Under the pieces are notes generated by a model. The model saw only the letters and a list, made by a program, of their open reading frames with translations. It searched no databases and was not told where the DNA came from. DNA of 64,000 bases. It comes from Saccostrea cucullata. Taxonomy: Eukaryota. Position numbers and translations under genes: made by a program. Location: the NCBI RefSeq assembly GCF_032062105.1, contig NW_026934303.1:496001-560000 (forward strand), read 5' to 3'. This document shows, piece by piece, positions 62,689 to 64,000 of this stretch (positions are counted from its first letter, which is position 1; each line of letters starts with the position of its first letter).

Positions 62689-63136
62689 TGTAACGGGCGG
62701 TTGCCCAATAGTCCCAGAATCAATTAACAGGAATCGATTTCAGTTTTAACCGTTTATTTAATTACAATAATAAAACATCTATAACAATGATAACAATGCT
62801 TACAGGTCAAATATAGACCGCTCTCTCCTCTAAACACGTTCACTTTCTTCTGTATAAAAATCAGCACTCCTCAAAATTACAACAGTCGTCAGTAATAATA
62901 CCGTCGGGCTAACCCGGACCGGGACGTACTGTGACGTCATACTCATAACATAAAAATGACGTTTAGCGCAAAATCAATAGAACAATAAGTATTACGCTAA
63001 CAATATAGAAATTGGTATATTTTATACATAATAAACATAGATTTATGCTAATTTAATATCAGTCAATGTACATAAGTAATAATCAATTACTGGGATATTA
63101 ATTAATAAATATTCAATAAAGATCTCAACCGTCACA
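62689..63136 (-). repeat. 5' LTR (448 bp)
   Basis: Direct repeat of 54329-54782 with 2 substitutions and one 6-bp indel; CRE at 62932-62939. Confidence 0.97.
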
Positions 63137-64000
63137 TATCCTTTTTCAGAAAGAGGACAAAATGGACAAAATTTCAACAATTTTAGCTTTAAAATTTATA
63201 GAGCGCAAGTTTGTTCAGGAACTATATTGACATATTTCATTGATATTATCATTTTACACATTATATCATAATATTGATCCTGAACACACATGCGCTCGGT
63301 GACTTTTACTCAAAATATCGACGAAAAATGTACATTTTTCTGTAACATTTATAAAAAACTGAAATTTACGTCATGTTTGTGACGTCATTACGTACATATT
63401 GCGTCATTACTTATGAAAATATTCAGTGCTTTGAAGTCAGCATATACTCCCCTGTTTAAGAACTTAATTAAATATATCTCCATCAAAGTTTGATTTGGGG
63501 GGCAAATATTGGTTATTACCGAATAAAGTTCTTTGAACGTCGTAGTTTTCTAATGGATTTCATAAGGAAAATTACATTGAATGTAAATATTTTTACATAA
63601 ACTGCATGATACCTACTTTTTACAACTTATAAAACATTTTAAAGGTTATATGTAACACTAATAATATTAAGGAAATCTTAAATCTTATATAAATAGAATA
63701 TATCAATAAAGGAAACGTTCCTTGATCACATGGGTCCCTTTCACTGACATTACTCTGGCATCAAAACTGTAGTGAGTGTATTATAAATAGTAGGGGATTT
63801 TAGATAGTACTGTGTTTAGCAGGAACCTTTTGTCTATGTAAATACATACCACCCTAATCATTGTTGGTTATCGTTTAAACAAACATAATACGTAAATTGT
63901 GCATATCGAGAAAACAAACAAAATAAATTGATGTTAAATAAGAAAAGGGTTGTGACCAAAAATATCTACGAAGAGCTTGAATTTGATAACACAATTGTTA

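Larger units (their letters stand above)
54329..63136 (-). mobile_element. Full-length Ty3/Gypsy LTR retrotransposon with an extra 3' ORF
   Basis: Near-identical LTRs with TG..CA ends, TSD TATC (54325-54328 and 63137-63140), PBS, PPT, gag and pol in PR-RT-RH-IN order. Confidence 0.98.
54167..63509. mobile_element. TIR MITE of about 520 bp split by the Gypsy insertion
   Basis: ATATTTGCCCCC.CAAA at 54167 is inverted to TTTGGGGGGCAAATAT ending at 63509. Confidence 0.6.

Overview
AT-rich, intron-containing animal DNA. The repeat families (Cg170/HINE-type Helentron derivatives, Penelope-like tails, tRNA-SINEs) point to a bivalve, most likely an oyster (inference). Left to right: (1) the 5' seven coding exons of WDR18 (minus strand, running off the left edge); (2) a tandem array of six two-exon prostanoid (EP4-like) GPCR genes, all on the minus strand, 10.1-41.3 kb, including two recently duplicated pairs; (3) a 5.1-kb non-coding element with split direct repeats (Ngaro/PAT/TOC1-like architecture, 47.4-52.5 kb); (4) a young full-length Ty3/Gypsy LTR retrotransposon (54,329-63,136, minus). 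The Gypsy element has a tRNA-Pro-like PBS, a U_UUA_AAC -1 frameshift plus hairpin, intact pol, a MITE inserted in the 5' end of gag, and an unusual third ORF in the env position. That ORF encodes a soluble transcription-factor-like protein (acidic N-terminus, two C2H2-type fingers, Ser-rich heptads, zipper), and the LTRs carry a perfect CRE. The rest is nested MITEs, HINEs, hairpin elements, SINEs and Penelope-like fragments, with two N gaps and a probable consensus artefact at about 15-17 kb. No searches were run; family assignments come from motif recognition.
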